DNA of 64,000 nucleotides from Candidatus Delongbacteria bacterium. GTDB taxonomy: Bacteria > CAIWAD01. The notes beneath the pieces are model-generated. The model was not told where the DNA came from, made no database searches, and worked only from the letters and a program-made list of their open reading frames with translations. Position numbers and translations under genes: made by a program. The stretch is from positions 1,696,001 through 1,760,000 of the forward strand of contig OY760505.1 in assembly GCA_963663545.1 (NCBI GenBank), written 5' to 3'. Positions 26,895-37,525 of the stretch are shown here, in pieces. Each line of letters begins with the position of its first letter. The first letter of the stretch is position 1.

Positions 26895-29800
26895 CTAGAT
26901 CTTGTCCTGTTGTATCACACAATCTGTGCCGACCACTCGTAGATACATGTAGTACAGCAGCGGAATCAGAATCAAGGTCAACGCGGTGGAAACCAGCACA
27001 CCGGCAATCAGTGATACAGCCAGACCTTGGAAAATCGGATCCAGATAGATCACAGCTGCACCCACAACTAGCGCCAGCGCCGTCAACAGAATGGGACGGA
27101 ATCGCACCGCACCGGCCTTGCGTACTGCGTCCTCAAGCGTTTCGCCACCTCGCAGCTCCAGATTGATGAAGTCCACCAGCAGAATTGAATTGCGCACAAT
27201 GACTCCTGCCAGTGCGATGAAACCAATCATCGACGTAGCAGTGAAGTACGTGCCTGTCAACGCGTGGCCTGGCAGAATGCCAATCAAGGTCAGCGGAATG
27301 GGCGCCATAATGATCAGCGGTGTGATGAAGGACTTGAACCAGCCCACCACTAACACGTAGATCAGCACCATCACGATGGCAAAAGCCAGCCCCATGTCAC
27401 GGAATACCTCGTAGGTAATGTGCCACTCACCGTCCCACTTCAGCGCATACTCCTGGCTATTGGTAGGCATATGCGTGGTCATCACCTTCAGTTTACTGCC
27501 GTCCGGTGATACCAAGGATTCGATTTGCTCCTGCATATCAAGAATGGCGTACACAGGACTCTCAGCCTTTCCGCCAACCTCGCCCGTGACGTAGGTTACC
27601 GGCTGCAGATTCTTGTGATACAAATACGGCTCACGTTGGCTGTTCTCGACCCGAACCAGTTCTGCCAGCGGCACCATGCGGCCATCGCCGGCGTGTACCG
27701 TCAAGTTCAGCAGATCGTCCACACGGCTGCGCTGCGAGCGGTCAAGGCGTAACACAAGCGGCACCGGGGCACGCTCATGCTCGACATGCAGCAGACCGGG
27801 TTCGCCACCACTTAACGCAACATGAATAGTGCGTGATACCTGTTCCACGCTGACACCGGAGCGGATGGCCTTCTCGTGATCCACTACCAGCTCGGTACGC
27901 GGGCCTGGCTCCTCCACCATCCAGTCGGCGTCGACAATGGCAGGTGAGCTTTCAAACACATCCAGCACCTTGCGGGCAAGTGATACACGTCCCTCATCGC
28001 TGGGGCCGTAAATCTCGGCTACCATGGTGGAGATCACCGGCGGTCCGGGTGGCACTTCGGCGACCTTGATTCGTACCCCGTGTTTGCGCGCGATTGGATT
28101 CAGCAGCTCACGCACATGCTTGGCAAAGTCGTGACTCACTGTATCACGTAGGTGTTTGTCAACCAGGTTGATCTGGATGTCCGCCTGATTAGCCTGGTTG
28201 CGCAGGAAGTAATGACGGACGAGACCGTTGAAGTTGAAGGGGGCCGACGTACCTACGTACACCTGATAGTCTGTGACTTCAGGCAAATCGGCAAAGACCA
28301 GAGCCAGCTCGCGAGCGGCGGCATTTGTCTGCTCCAGAGTAAATCCCTCGGGAGCATCAATGACGACTTGCAGCTCACTCTTGTTGTCATGCGGCAGCAT
28401 CTTGACAATGACCGCACGCATGGGTAATAGCATGGTGCTTAGGAGCAATAGACCGACCACGCCGGCGAGTGTCACATAACGCTTCACGGGAGAGGCTAAC
28501 AGCGGATCCATGATGCGCGCATAACCTCTGTGGAGCTTGCCCTCTTCTGCTGTCTCGTCGTGGGGCGTTGTCCCGGCACTCTGCTGCTCTGCCTTCTTTT
28601 TGAAAAGCTTGTGAGTTAACCACGGTGATACAACAAAGGCGACCAGCAGTGAGAAGAACATGGCGGCCGAAGCATTAACCGGAATGGGTCGCATGTAGGG
28701 GCCCATCAAACCGGACACAAAGGCCAAGGGCAGCAGGGCGCCGATTACCGTGAAAGTGGCTAGAATCGTCGGATTTCCTACTTCATCCACACCAAATACC
28801 GTCGCACGCTTCGGTGGAGCCCACTTCAAGGTGTAGTGCCTGTGGATGTTCTCCACGACGACAATGGCGTCGTCCACCAGAATGCCGATGGAAAATATCA
28901 GCGCGAAGAGTGTCACACGATTCAGCGTATAGCCGAAGAAATAGCTGGCCGCCAAGGTCAGCGCCAGTGTCACGGGCACGGCCACCAGCACAACCACACC
29001 TTCGCGCCACCCGAGCATGAAGGCCATTAGTATTACAACCGATAAAGTGGCCAGCCAGACGTGGAAAATCAGCTCGTTGGATTTCTCCTCTGCTGTGAAG
29101 CCGTAATCTCTAGTCTTGGTGACGTGGATATCGCCGGGAATCACTGTCCCCGATAGCTCTGACAGGCGTGCATCCAGATCTGCCACCAGCTCTACCGCGT
29201 TCGTACCCGGCTTCTTGCTGATAGAGAGTGTTACAGCAGGAGCATCCATTCCCGCACGATCGATACCCACTTCGGGCGCCGCCGGGCCGGTCCCCATCCA
29301 CACATACTGCGAGGGCTCTTCGGGTCCATCGGCGATTTGTGCTACGTCATTCAGATAGACGGGTCGCCCGTGATACACGCCAACTACTGTTCGCGCCACA
29401 TCTTCCGAAGTACGCAGGAAGTCACCAACGTACACTTCCACTAGCTGATTGGAAGCATTGAAATCTCCAGCGGGAAGACGCCAGTTTGCCCCTTCTATCG
29501 CCTGCCATGCTTGTAATACGGACACATTGAAGGATGCCAGGCGGGTTTGGTCGAAGTCAACGCGCACTACACGCCGCTGACCGCCCAGCACGGAAGTTTG
29601 TGCTACACGCGGATGGCGCGTGAACTCTGCCTGCAATTCATCAGCAACACGGCGCAGCTCGGTCGGCGACTTTCCCTCACCCCAAACCGTGTACGCCACA
29701 GCGGGAACGTCATCAATGGTGCGCGGCACAATGAGCGGCTGCATCACGCCGGGCGGCATGCGATCCATCGCCGCCATCAGCTTTGTGTGTACACGTACAG

Positions 29801-30200
29801 CGGCCTGATCGGGATCAGTACCGACTTTGAACCGCACGATGATCATTCCGCCAGAGGGCATCGATGTGGAGTAGATGTAATCCACGTTTTCGATTTCATA
29901 GAGCAGCTTCTCGGCAGGAAGAATCATACGCTGCTCTACCTCCTTGGCATCTGCACCAGGGAAACCAAGCATCACGTCGATCATCGGCACCTTGATCTGG
30001 GGCTCTTCTTCGCGCGGTGTCACAAACACAGCAAATGCACCCAACAGAAGTGCCGCCAGCACCAGCAGTGGCGTCAGCTTGCTCTCAAGGAACATAGCCG
30101 CCAACTGACCAGAAATGCCCACGCGTCTGCGGTTCATCTTCTCCCGCAGAGCCTCGCGCCGAGTTTGCTCAAGGGTGGATTGAGTCTTTGTGTCACTCAT
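26895..30200 (-). CDS. RND efflux permease (AcrB/AcrD/AcrF family)
   Basis: TPREEEPQIKVPM, LFALIFSIGILVDDAIVVVENI, VRNSILLVDF and RFRPILLT. Confidence 0.95.
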   Translation of the reverse strand: MSDTKTQSTLEQTRREALREKMNRRRVGISGQLAAMFLESKLTPLLVLAALLLGAFAVFVTPREEEPQIKVPMIDVMLGFPGADAKEVEQRMILPAEKLLYEIENVDYIYSTSMPSGGMIIVRFKVGTDPDQAAVRVHTKLMAAMDRMPPGVMQPLIVPRTIDDVPAVAYTVWGEGKSPTELRRVADELQAEFTRHPRVAQTSVLGGQRRVVRVDFDQTRLASFNVSVLQAWQAIEGANWRLPAGDFNASNQLVEVYVGDFLRTSEDVARTVVGVYHGRPVYLNDVAQIADGPEEPSQYVWMGTGPAAPEVGIDRAGMDAPAVTLSISKKPGTNAVELVADLDARLSELSGTVIPGDIHVTKTRDYGFTAEEKSNELIFHVWLATLSVVILMAFMLGWREGVVVLVAVPVTLALTLAASYFFGYTLNRVTLFALIFSIGILVDDAIVVVENIHRHYTLKWAPPKRATVFGVDEVGNPTILATFTVIGALLPLAFVSGLMGPYMRPIPVNASAAMFFSLLVAFVVSPWLTHKLFKKKAEQQSAGTTPHDETAEEGKLHRGYARIMDPLLASPVKRYVTLAGVVGLLLLSTMLLPMRAVIVKMLPHDNKSELQVVIDAPEGFTLEQTNAAARELALVFADLPEVTDYQVYVGTSAPFNFNGLVRHYFLRNQANQADIQINLVDKHLRDTVSHDFAKHVRELLNPIARKHGVRIKVAEVPPGPPVISTMVAEIYGPSDEGRVSLARKVLDVFESSPAIVDADWMVEEPGPRTELVVDHEKAIRSGVSVEQVSRTIHVALSGGEPGLLHVEHERAPVPLVLRLDRSQRSRVDDLLNLTVHAGDGRMVPLAELVRVENSQREPYLYHKNLQPVTYVTGEVGGKAESPVYAILDMQEQIESLVSPDGSKLKVMTTHMPTNSQEYALKWDGEWHITYEVFRDMGLAFAIVMVLIYVLVVGWFKSFITPLIIMAPIPLTLIGILPGHALTGTYFTATSMIGFIALAGVIVRNSILLVDFINLELRGGETLEDAVRKAGAVRFRPILLTALALVVGAAVIYLDPIFQGLAVSLIAGVLVSTALTLILIPLLYYMYLRVVGTDCVIQQDKI

Positions 30201-31266
30201 TGGGAACCTCGACGATTGGCGTACCATCGGGAATCGAAGTGCTCAACGCAGCCACAATGCGCTCAGAGCCGGAAAGCCCGCTCAGTATCTCTACCATGCC
30301 ATCGGTTACGCTACCGGTAGTCACGGCACGAGTGCGGGCAATGCCGCCCGCGTCTACGACCGTAACCAAACTGAGACCGCCAGCGCGTAATACGGCCCCC
30401 TCGGGCACCGCAAAATGCTGCACCGGATCGCCGGAAACGATTGCACGACCGGCCAACCCCGTCATCAAATCATAGCCGCCCAAGTCCACCTTGACGATGA
30501 AAGTGTGAGTTGCCATGTCGGCCGAAGGCACGATTTCGACTACGCGACCGGTTAGTGTTCCTAAGTCAGGACGCGAATCAACGGTCACAGGAAGCTGTGC
30601 TCCCATGCGCACATGTCCAATGTCAGCCTCGCGAACGTTCAGCCACAGGCGGCGACCTGTCAGCGACTGCAGGCGCACCAATGGACGCCCTGGAGCGGCC
30701 AGATCCCCCAGGTTCACCAATTTTTCCACTACAATGGCGTCAAAGGGTGAACGCACAAGACTTTCATCTGCCACGGAACTGGCCGCAGAAACCGCGCCCC
30801 CGGCTTGCTCAACAGCTCCCTTGGCCTGTTCGTACTGCATGCGCGCCATGTCCAACTCCATTTCAGAGCAGGAATTGCGCTCGAATAGCTGACGGTAGCG
30901 CTCGTAGTTGCGCTCAGCCATTGCCAGCGCTGCCTCGGCCTGGGAAGCGGCGCCCTGTGCCTGGGCCAATTGGCCGTGTGACAAATCCTGTTGGATCTCA
31001 AGCAACACCTGGTTTCGTGATACACGGTCCCCGGCTGCTGCATGCAATGCAACCACTGGACCCATTGCACGACTAGAGACAAAGGTCTCACGCTCGGGCT
31101 GAACCGTGCCCTGCACCTCGATACGACGTGCGTCATCTACGATTTGGACGTGTGTCACGGTAGCAGCAACAGGTTGACGCTCGGCATGCGCTTGCTCAGC
31201 TTTCTCGTGCCCGCAAGACACCAACAGAACCGTCAAGGGCAACAGGATATAGAAGAGACGCTTCAT
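30193..31266 (-). CDS. RND periplasmic adaptor (MFP), lipoprotein
   Basis: LLVSC lipobox; hairpin/lipoyl motifs; GMVEILSGLSGSERIV. Confidence 0.92.
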   Translation of the reverse strand: MKRLFYILLPLTVLLVSCGHEKAEQAHAERQPVAATVTHVQIVDDARRIEVQGTVQPERETFVSSRAMGPVVALHAAAGDRVSRNQVLLEIQQDLSHGQLAQAQGAASQAEAALAMAERNYERYRQLFERNSCSEMELDMARMQYEQAKGAVEQAGGAVSAASSVADESLVRSPFDAIVVEKLVNLGDLAAPGRPLVRLQSLTGRRLWLNVREADIGHVRMGAQLPVTVDSRPDLGTLTGRVVEIVPSADMATHTFIVKVDLGGYDLMTGLAGRAIVSGDPVQHFAVPEGAVLRAGGLSLVTVVDAGGIARTRAVTTGSVTDGMVEILSGLSGSERIVAALSTSIPDGTPIVEVPNE

Positions 31267-31269
31267 TCT

Positions 31270-32658
31270 TTATTCCTCCTCACTCGCAAACAAGGACAAT
31301 CCAGCAGCATGACGCAGGGCAAAGGCCTCGCGATACGTATCGTGACGGGCTACCAGCTCGCGGACTTCCAGTTCGCGCAATGCTGTTTCCGCATCCAGTA
31401 GATCAATCATCTGTGATACACCCTGACGGAAGCGCTCTTCCACAACGCGCAGATTCTCGCGACCGGCTTCCAAGGCGGCTTGCGCTGCATCAAGACGAAG
31501 CTGCGCAGCATTGAAATTTGCGTGTGCCTGCTTCACTTGCAGCTGCACGCCCTCTTCAAAGCGTGATACATCCTCGGCATAGGATCGAGCCATCGCTCGT
31601 GCGTGTTGCATCTTGGCACGATCACTGCCACCTGAAAACAGATTGATGCTCACAACTCCCTTGACCGACCAGGATGTCGCCTCAAGGCCCAGGATCTGAT
31701 CATCCCAGGCATCGTAGTTCCCTTGAACTCCAATGGTCGGCAGAAAGGCAGCAGCCGCCACATCTTCTTCACGCTCCCCAGCCTTTTGCATCAGGCGAGC
31801 ACCAAGTAAATCGTGACGATTTTCAACTGCCATCAACAGGCAAGATTCCACGGAAGGATCTGCGACGGGCATCTCGGGCAGCATACCCAAATCGTGCTCG
31901 CGGTCTTGAGGCAATCCCAGATTGAAATTCAACGCAGCCAGGGCCAACTCAGCACCGCTACCGGCGCGTGTCACAAGCTCATCCATCTCGGCAAGGTAGA
32001 CTTGCGCCCGTAACACTTCAGACGAAACGATAAAGCCTGTCTCGTGGTAGTCCTGCGCCAATTGAACATGGGCCCGCGTCGTCTCACGCGCACGCTGCAG
32101 GAGCTCGTGATACTCGCGCGCTTTGGCAAGATCGAGCCATGAAGTCGCGACATCGTAGCCCACCTGCTGTCGCGCACGCGCAGCACTGTGATCGGCAGCA
32201 GTGGCGGCGAGCTTGGCCTGAGCAATGCGACCGCTGATCATGCCTCCGGTGTACAGCGGCATTTCCGCCGATACGCGAGTCAGATAGGTGTTCATCGGGT
32301 CAGGATCGACCATCAGCCCATTATTCGGCATGCCAAATTCAACACCATTCTCGCCAGCGCTCATGCCAAAAGCCTGTGACATCAACCCTACCACATCTTC
32401 TTCGCGGTTCATGTTGAAGCCAAAGACCTCACCGGGCTGGTTGGTGCGAGCAGCCATCTCCATCAAGTCCACTCGCGGAAGCCGATATCCCCAGGCCTCT
32501 TTCACCTGACGATGCGCAGCTTCGGCACGCTGCTCAGCGGCTGCCACAACCTTGCTATGCTCAAGCCCTATGGAAACAGCATCTTGCAGCGCAAGCGTCT
32601 CCGCCAGAACCTGGCCTGCGAAGAGAAGAAGCAAAACGCCCCACTTCGTCTTTCGCAT
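31270..32658 (-). CDS. TolC-family outer-membrane factor
   Basis: Signal peptide; two OEP repeats; ERFRQGVSQMIDLLDAETAL. Confidence 0.9.
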   Translation of the reverse strand: MRKTKWGVLLLLFAGQVLAETLALQDAVSIGLEHSKVVAAAEQRAEAAHRQVKEAWGYRLPRVDLMEMAARTNQPGEVFGFNMNREEDVVGLMSQAFGMSAGENGVEFGMPNNGLMVDPDPMNTYLTRVSAEMPLYTGGMISGRIAQAKLAATAADHSAARARQQVGYDVATSWLDLAKAREYHELLQRARETTRAHVQLAQDYHETGFIVSSEVLRAQVYLAEMDELVTRAGSGAELALAALNFNLGLPQDREHDLGMLPEMPVADPSVESCLLMAVENRHDLLGARLMQKAGEREEDVAAAAFLPTIGVQGNYDAWDDQILGLEATSWSVKGVVSINLFSGGSDRAKMQHARAMARSYAEDVSRFEEGVQLQVKQAHANFNAAQLRLDAAQAALEAGRENLRVVEERFRQGVSQMIDLLDAETALRELEVRELVARHDTYREAFALRHAAGLSLFASEEE

Positions 32659-32713
32659 AGTTACCTCCTTCGGTCTCTATTTTGTTTTGATACTATCAAT
32701 CATAAACGGCCAT

Positions 32714-32742
32714 ATTGTATTTCATGCTAGCAAATTTTGCAA
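32714..32742 (-). promoter_or_regulatory. Sigma70 promoter of the TolC-MFP-RND operon with an overlapping imperfect palindrome
   Basis: TTGCAA-N17-TACAAT. TGCTAGCAAA-T-TTTGCAAGCG (8/10 dyad) overlaps the -35 and spacer. Confidence 0.55.
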
Positions 32743-32984
32743 GCGAAAGTTCCGAATACCTAGAATATTTTCGCGCGTGAATTATCTCGCTAGTGAAGAT
32801 TACGGCTCCATGCTGATGTCATGACCTTGTTGTAGGGAGGGTGTATTACTCAAGGCGGGCAGTGCGGCTACAGAATTGTTGCAAGTGGCACATGAAGAAG
32901 CAACATCTCAAGGCACATAGTTTTTTTCGGCACAGGTGCCGTCATGCAAGTCCGGTCACGAACAAACTCGAACAGTCTGTTGAA

Positions 32985-34187
32985 TCAAGGTGCTTGCCGA
33001 AACTCCCTGACCAGCCAACAGGGAATGCCGCACAGCGCAGCGGCAATGGCGATACCGGCGTAGATTCGGGGCATGCCGATCCAATCCGCCAGCAGACCTG
33101 TAAGCCCCAAGCTGAGTGCTGTAAGACCTGTGACACATAGATTGATCAGCGCAAACACGCGACCGTGATACTTTGGCTCCACAATCAGATGAACCAACGT
33201 AGGCCGGGGAATTGTGATCCACGGTATCACCAATGAGTGCACCAGTATCACAGCGTACATCATTGGCAGGCGATGCGTCCACAGCATGGGTAGAAACGTC
33301 AAACCGTCCAGAACGATACCCCAGGCAAGTAGCCGACTGTTGCGGAGCTTGCGCGCAAATGTGTTGAGGAGGAAGGTACCGATCAGCATACCAAGGGCGA
33401 AGGCCGTCATAATTAATGCGTATTGCTGAGCTCCGCCACCAAGTTCATCACGAATGAAGATGGGGATGCCCACCGTCGCCGGTCCCATGATGAACAGATT
33501 ATCAGCAGCTGTGATCAACAGCAGCACGCGAAGCCGACGATCCTTGTGCATCAGACGAAGGCCCTCGAGCGCGCTACGGAGTGTGGATCGCAATGTGTCA
33601 CGCATGTCGGGGCGCTTTTCAGGATGCACTTCCCGGTGTCGCATGCGCCACATAAACAGAAAGGAGGCCAGGTAGGAAACGGCATCCACAGTAAAGAGAT
33701 GAATCACACCGACTAGACGAATCAACCAGGCACCCAGAGCTGGTCCAAAGAGCAGAGCCAGTTGCCAGCTGGTTTGAATCAGGCTGTTTGCCCTGCGCAA
33801 CTGTGTGGTAGGAACCAGGGAAGGCAACAATGCATCACGCGCCGGATTGAAGAGTGTCGAACACATGGCGACACTAAAGGTTAGCGCACCCAGTCCGAGG
33901 ACAGGAAGACTATCCATGTGATACAACAAAGGAATCAGCATCACCAGTGCTGCCCGGAGGACGTCTGTCGTCAGCATCAGTCGACGCCGATTTAATTGAT
34001 CTACTAGACTGCCAGCGGGCAATGCAAAAAGTAGCGCCGGTAGATAGGCACTCATTGCCACGAGTCCTGTCAGCGTGGCCGATCCAGTGATTTCGAGCAT
34101 TAGCCAGAGCAAGCCGATCTCGAAAACGGCATCGCCCATTTGCGAGATCGTCTGTCCAAGCCACAGCAGACGCAGATCACGATTCAC
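32985..34187 (-). CDS. MFS transporter (DHA3/MefA-like)
   Basis: NRDLRLLWLGQTISQMGD, AGSLVDQLNRRRLM, FNPA and GRVFAL; about 12 TMs. Confidence 0.9.
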   Translation of the reverse strand: MNRDLRLLWLGQTISQMGDAVFEIGLLWLMLEITGSATLTGLVAMSAYLPALLFALPAGSLVDQLNRRRLMLTTDVLRAALVMLIPLLYHMDSLPVLGLGALTFSVAMCSTLFNPARDALLPSLVPTTQLRRANSLIQTSWQLALLFGPALGAWLIRLVGVIHLFTVDAVSYLASFLFMWRMRHREVHPEKRPDMRDTLRSTLRSALEGLRLMHKDRRLRVLLLITAADNLFIMGPATVGIPIFIRDELGGGAQQYALIMTAFALGMLIGTFLLNTFARKLRNSRLLAWGIVLDGLTFLPMLWTHRLPMMYAVILVHSLVIPWITIPRPTLVHLIVEPKYHGRVFALINLCVTGLTALSLGLTGLLADWIGMPRIYAGIAIAAALCGIPCWLVREFRQAP

Positions 34188-34278
34188 GACGACTCCGTGT
34201 GATACAGCCGATTTCAGTCTGCAAGTTCGCAAATGCGCCCTGCCATAATGTTATCCTCTACCATCATCAGGAGCGTTC

Positions 34279-34653
34279 ATGAAGCACCTCTTCGTTCTGG
34301 CCTGTGCGGGTGCACTGGGCACCCTTTCGCGATATGGTCTGTCAGGCCTCGCGCATCGACTATTCGGCGCCGGGTTCCCTTGGGGCACAGCTCTTGTCAA
34401 TCTGCTTGGTTGCCTGCTGTTCGGCATGATCTGGACCTTGATCGAATCTCGCTCTCTGTTACCAGCCGCTCTGCGTCCATACCTGCTTACCGGCTTCATG
34501 GGAGCGCTCACCACTTTTTCCACCTGGATTTTTGAGTCATCGCAACTGCTCAACAGCGGCCGCTTTCTTTTACTGGCGGTCAATCTTGTAGCACAGGTTC
34601 TTCTTGGCCTATCGCTTTTCTATGCGGGTGTACTGCTGGCCCGTCTGCTTTGA
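34279..34653 (+). CDS. crcB: Fluoride efflux channel CrcB/FluC
   Basis: GALGTLSRY, FPWGTALVNLLGC and TGFMGALTTFST. Confidence 0.93.
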   Translation: MKHLFVLACAGALGTLSRYGLSGLAHRLFGAGFPWGTALVNLLGCLLFGMIWTLIESRSLLPAALRPYLLTGFMGALTTFSTWIFESSQLLNSGRFLLLAVNLVAQVLLGLSLFYAGVLLARLL

Positions 34654-34675
34654 CATGTTCCTGTGAGGAGGACTC

Positions 34676-35023
34676 ATGAAAGACTTTGAGGAAGCCGGAC
34701 TGCTGCGCGTCTACATTGGCGAGCGCGACAGTGCGCACGGCGGTGAGCCTACGCATCTGCGGATCCTTCACATGGCGCGGGAATTGGGACTGGCTGGTGC
34801 TACGGTGTTACACGGGTCCCAGGGGTATCATCACGGAGGCAGATTGCACGACGCCGGGATTCTACGCCTTGCAGAAGAACTGCCGGTCATCGTCGAAGTG
34901 GTGGACAAGGAAGCGCGGCTATTGGAGTTCGTTGGTCAGATCAGGCCATTAATACGCAGTGGTTGTATCACAATGCAGAGTGTTTCGTGGTTGGAAGTCA
35001 AGCCAAATAACTCTCAGTCCTGA
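34676..35023 (+). CDS. DUF190 (P-II-like) protein
   Basis: LLRVYIGERD...GLAGATVLHG..GY...LPVIVEVVD; typical crcB neighbour. Confidence 0.9.
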   Translation: MKDFEEAGLLRVYIGERDSAHGGEPTHLRILHMARELGLAGATVLHGSQGYHHGGRLHDAGILRLAEELPVIVEVVDKEARLLEFVGQIRPLIRSGCITMQSVSWLEVKPNNSQS

Positions 35024-36516
35024 TCCTCTTCGTGTTTTGTCTCATCGCCAATAGCCAGCTCCTGTACCTGGAGCGGTCGGACACCGCCTTCATGCGGCTC
35101 CAGCATCGGCATTTCCTTTGACATTTTAATACCCAACTCAGGAAGCCGTCGCGCTTTGGGAAGCACGTTGCGCTCAAGTGAACCCACGGCGCTGTTGTAC
35201 GCCTTCAACGCGGCGCCAATTCCCTTGCCGACTTTCTCGATATGCTGAACCATGACGGCCATGCTCTCGTAGAGCACGCGCCCGTGTTCGCTGATGAGCT
35301 GCGCATTTTCAGCCAACTGCTCCTGACGCCAGCCCATAGCCACCGAACGCAATAGCGCGATCAGCGTTGTCGGGCCGGCTGGTATCACGCCCTGCTCCAG
35401 GCCATACTCGAAGAGCGACCAATCCTGTCGCAGAGCGCCCACAAAGATGGCCTCGGGCACAAACATCACGGTGAAGTCGGGACTCTCGGCCATGTTCCAA
35501 TATTGCTTGGCGCCAAGCGCCTTGATGTGATTGCGCATGGTCTGAGCAATGGCCTTGAAAGCCTGTTCCCGATCGGCATCCTCTGCGGCTTCCAGGGCAT
35601 CCGGACTGAGGCCCTGGGGCGTCTTTGCATCGACGAATAGGCAGCGATCACCAGCAAGATGTATCACAAGATCCGGTCGACGACTCTGTTCACTTGTTGA
35701 TAGCGTTTCCTGCGTCTCGAAATCACAATGCTCTTCAAGACCCGCCAGCTCTACAATACGCCGTAGCTGAAACTCTCCCCAACGGCCGCGTGTTACAGGA
35801 CTATGCAAGGCTTGCGCCAGCTTGCTTGTCTGTGAACCAAGATTCTGCTGTGTCTCACGAAGCTGTTTGAGTTGTTCGTCTAATCGTGTGCTGTGAGTCG
35901 CGCCCATGGTTTCCACTTGCCGCAACTGCTCATCAACCTTTCCCAGACCATCGCGCAAGGGCTTGACCAACTCAGCGATACGTGCTTCTCGCTTGTCAAA
36001 GTCTTCACCGCTGGTAGTGCGCATGTGTTCCAACTGCCGTTTGGCCTCTTCCAAAAACACATTGCGGCTTTGCTCCAGAGCTTCTCCCGAAAGGGCTTTA
36101 AATGTGTCACGAAGCTTCTCTTCGGCTTCGGTCAACAGTTTGCGCTGCTCCTGGAGATTCTTTCGCTCAGCGACCAACTCTGTCTGCAGTCTCCCTTGAG
36201 CTTCGCGCAGCTCATTTCGTTCACGCTGAACTTGCTCGTGGTTCTGTCGCAGAGCAGCCAGCTCAGAGCGCAACTCTTGCTCCCGCGATTCCATTGACTT
36301 CAGTGTTGATGCCTGTGCACTGCGCGTATCACGCAACTCCAACAGCTCCTGTTGGCTTTCTTTCTGGCTGCGTGTCACCTCAGCAATTCGCTGTTCAAGC
36401 GTAGCCATTTCGTCAGCTTTTACAGCTGCCTTTCCGCGTACAAAGAAGAACAAGGCCAAGGAACCTACGGCGGAGATGCCAAAGGTAATGGTCAACGCTA
36501 ACAGCACGCCGTGCAT
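35014..36516 (-). CDS. rmuC: DNA recombination protein RmuC
   Basis: N-terminal TM and coiled coil; RGRWGEFQL, RPDLVIHL, VDAKTP, SPDFTVMFVP and PTTLIALLR. Confidence 0.92.
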   Translation of the reverse strand: MHGVLLALTITFGISAVGSLALFFFVRGKAAVKADEMATLEQRIAEVTRSQKESQQELLELRDTRSAQASTLKSMESREQELRSELAALRQNHEQVQRERNELREAQGRLQTELVAERKNLQEQRKLLTEAEEKLRDTFKALSGEALEQSRNVFLEEAKRQLEHMRTTSGEDFDKREARIAELVKPLRDGLGKVDEQLRQVETMGATHSTRLDEQLKQLRETQQNLGSQTSKLAQALHSPVTRGRWGEFQLRRIVELAGLEEHCDFETQETLSTSEQSRRPDLVIHLAGDRCLFVDAKTPQGLSPDALEAAEDADREQAFKAIAQTMRNHIKALGAKQYWNMAESPDFTVMFVPEAIFVGALRQDWSLFEYGLEQGVIPAGPTTLIALLRSVAMGWRQEQLAENAQLISEHGRVLYESMAVMVQHIEKVGKGIGAALKAYNSAVGSLERNVLPKARRLPELGIKMSKEMPMLEPHEGGVRPLQVQELAIGDETKHEEDQD

Positions 36517-36530
36517 AACCCCTCCCGGTT

Positions 36531-37208
36531 TCAGTCAGCGGCGGGAAAGAAAAGGTCTTTCGTCTCTTCAACAGCTCCGCAGTGACGCTGCAGGAGATCT
36601 GAGAGATGCTCGAGGTTCCGCATCATCTGTGACTCGGAGAAATCTGCAGTAGCGTACATGATCGCCAGCAGATCACGACTTGTGTCACGAATCATAGTAC
36701 GCGGACTATCACTGGTCGGACAGCCAATGGGCCCCTTTGCATCAAAGACAGCTAAGCGCCCCGTCAAATGCACAGTATCCTTGCGGATTCCTGGGTACTC
36801 CTCGCCGTCGATGCCGAGACGAACGTCAAGCGGGCCCTCGACCTCGGCAAGATCAAAAACGCTGATGGGCAGCAGTGCATTTAGTGAGGCCATGTTTCCG
36901 GCGTCAACAACATTGTTGATGTGATACAGGCCTTTGTCCTTCACAACTCTTCGCAACAAGGCTTCAGAAGAAGGCCGTGTGCGTGTGGGATCCACACCCG
37001 TTGCACGATACAAGCGGCGTGCTACATGCAATTCACTAATTGATCCCGGTGTGACACCGCGATACTTCTCATGCAAAAGAGCACACAGTTCGTCCAACTC
37101 TGTTAACTGCTGCTGAGTAGAAGGGGCGACGGAAACACCTCGACAATGCAGTACACCCAGACCAACTGTTGTTTTCAAACTAGAATGCAGCCGCAGCTCA
37201 AGCATCAC
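36531..37208 (-). CDS. Stand-alone B3/B4 (PheT-like tRNA-editing) domain protein
   Basis: GVDPTRTRPSSEALLRR...INNVVDAGN.ASL...P.SDS.RTMI. Confidence 0.88.
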   Translation of the reverse strand: MMLELRLHSSLKTTVGLGVLHCRGVSVAPSTQQQLTELDELCALLHEKYRGVTPGSISELHVARRLYRATGVDPTRTRPSSEALLRRVVKDKGLYHINNVVDAGNMASLNALLPISVFDLAEVEGPLDVRLGIDGEEYPGIRKDTVHLTGRLAVFDAKGPIGCPTSDSPRTMIRDTSRDLLAIMYATADFSESQMMRNLEHLSDLLQRHCGAVEETKDLFFPAAD

Positions 37209-37516
37209 ATCATTCCCAACTTCAAGCGCGCGGCCGGGGACATCAGATCCTTGTCCCAGGGCGGGTCGAAGACCAGGTCTACTCTGACCTCTGAAATGCC
37301 ATCCACCTCACGCGCGGTCTGTTCGACCAAGCCGGGAAGCAGCTCAGCAGCAGGGCAATTGGGTGCCGTCAATGTCATGCGAATGGAAGCCTTGGCCTCC
37401 TCGTCCACATCCACCTGATAAATCAAACCAAGGTTGTACACATCCACCGGGATCTCTGGATCGTAGACGGTTTTCAACCCATCGATAATGCGTTCGCGCA
37501 GCGCGTCTCGGTCCAT
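37205..37516 (-). CDS. Fe-S cluster assembly protein, DUF59/SufT-like
   Basis: VYDPEIPVDVYNLGLIY...MTLTAPNCP...LVFDPPW. Confidence 0.92.
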   Translation of the reverse strand: MDRDALRERIIDGLKTVYDPEIPVDVYNLGLIYQVDVDEEAKASIRMTLTAPNCPAAELLPGLVEQTAREVDGISEVRVDLVFDPPWDKDLMSPAARLKLGMM

Positions 37517-37525
37517 CTGCGCCTC

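Noticed and set aside
34190..34278. Fluoride riboswitch expected upstream of crcB
   Set aside because: The GGCGAUG...CGCC / GCUGAUGAC consensus is not recognisable, and the spacer is short and shared with the divergent MFS gene.
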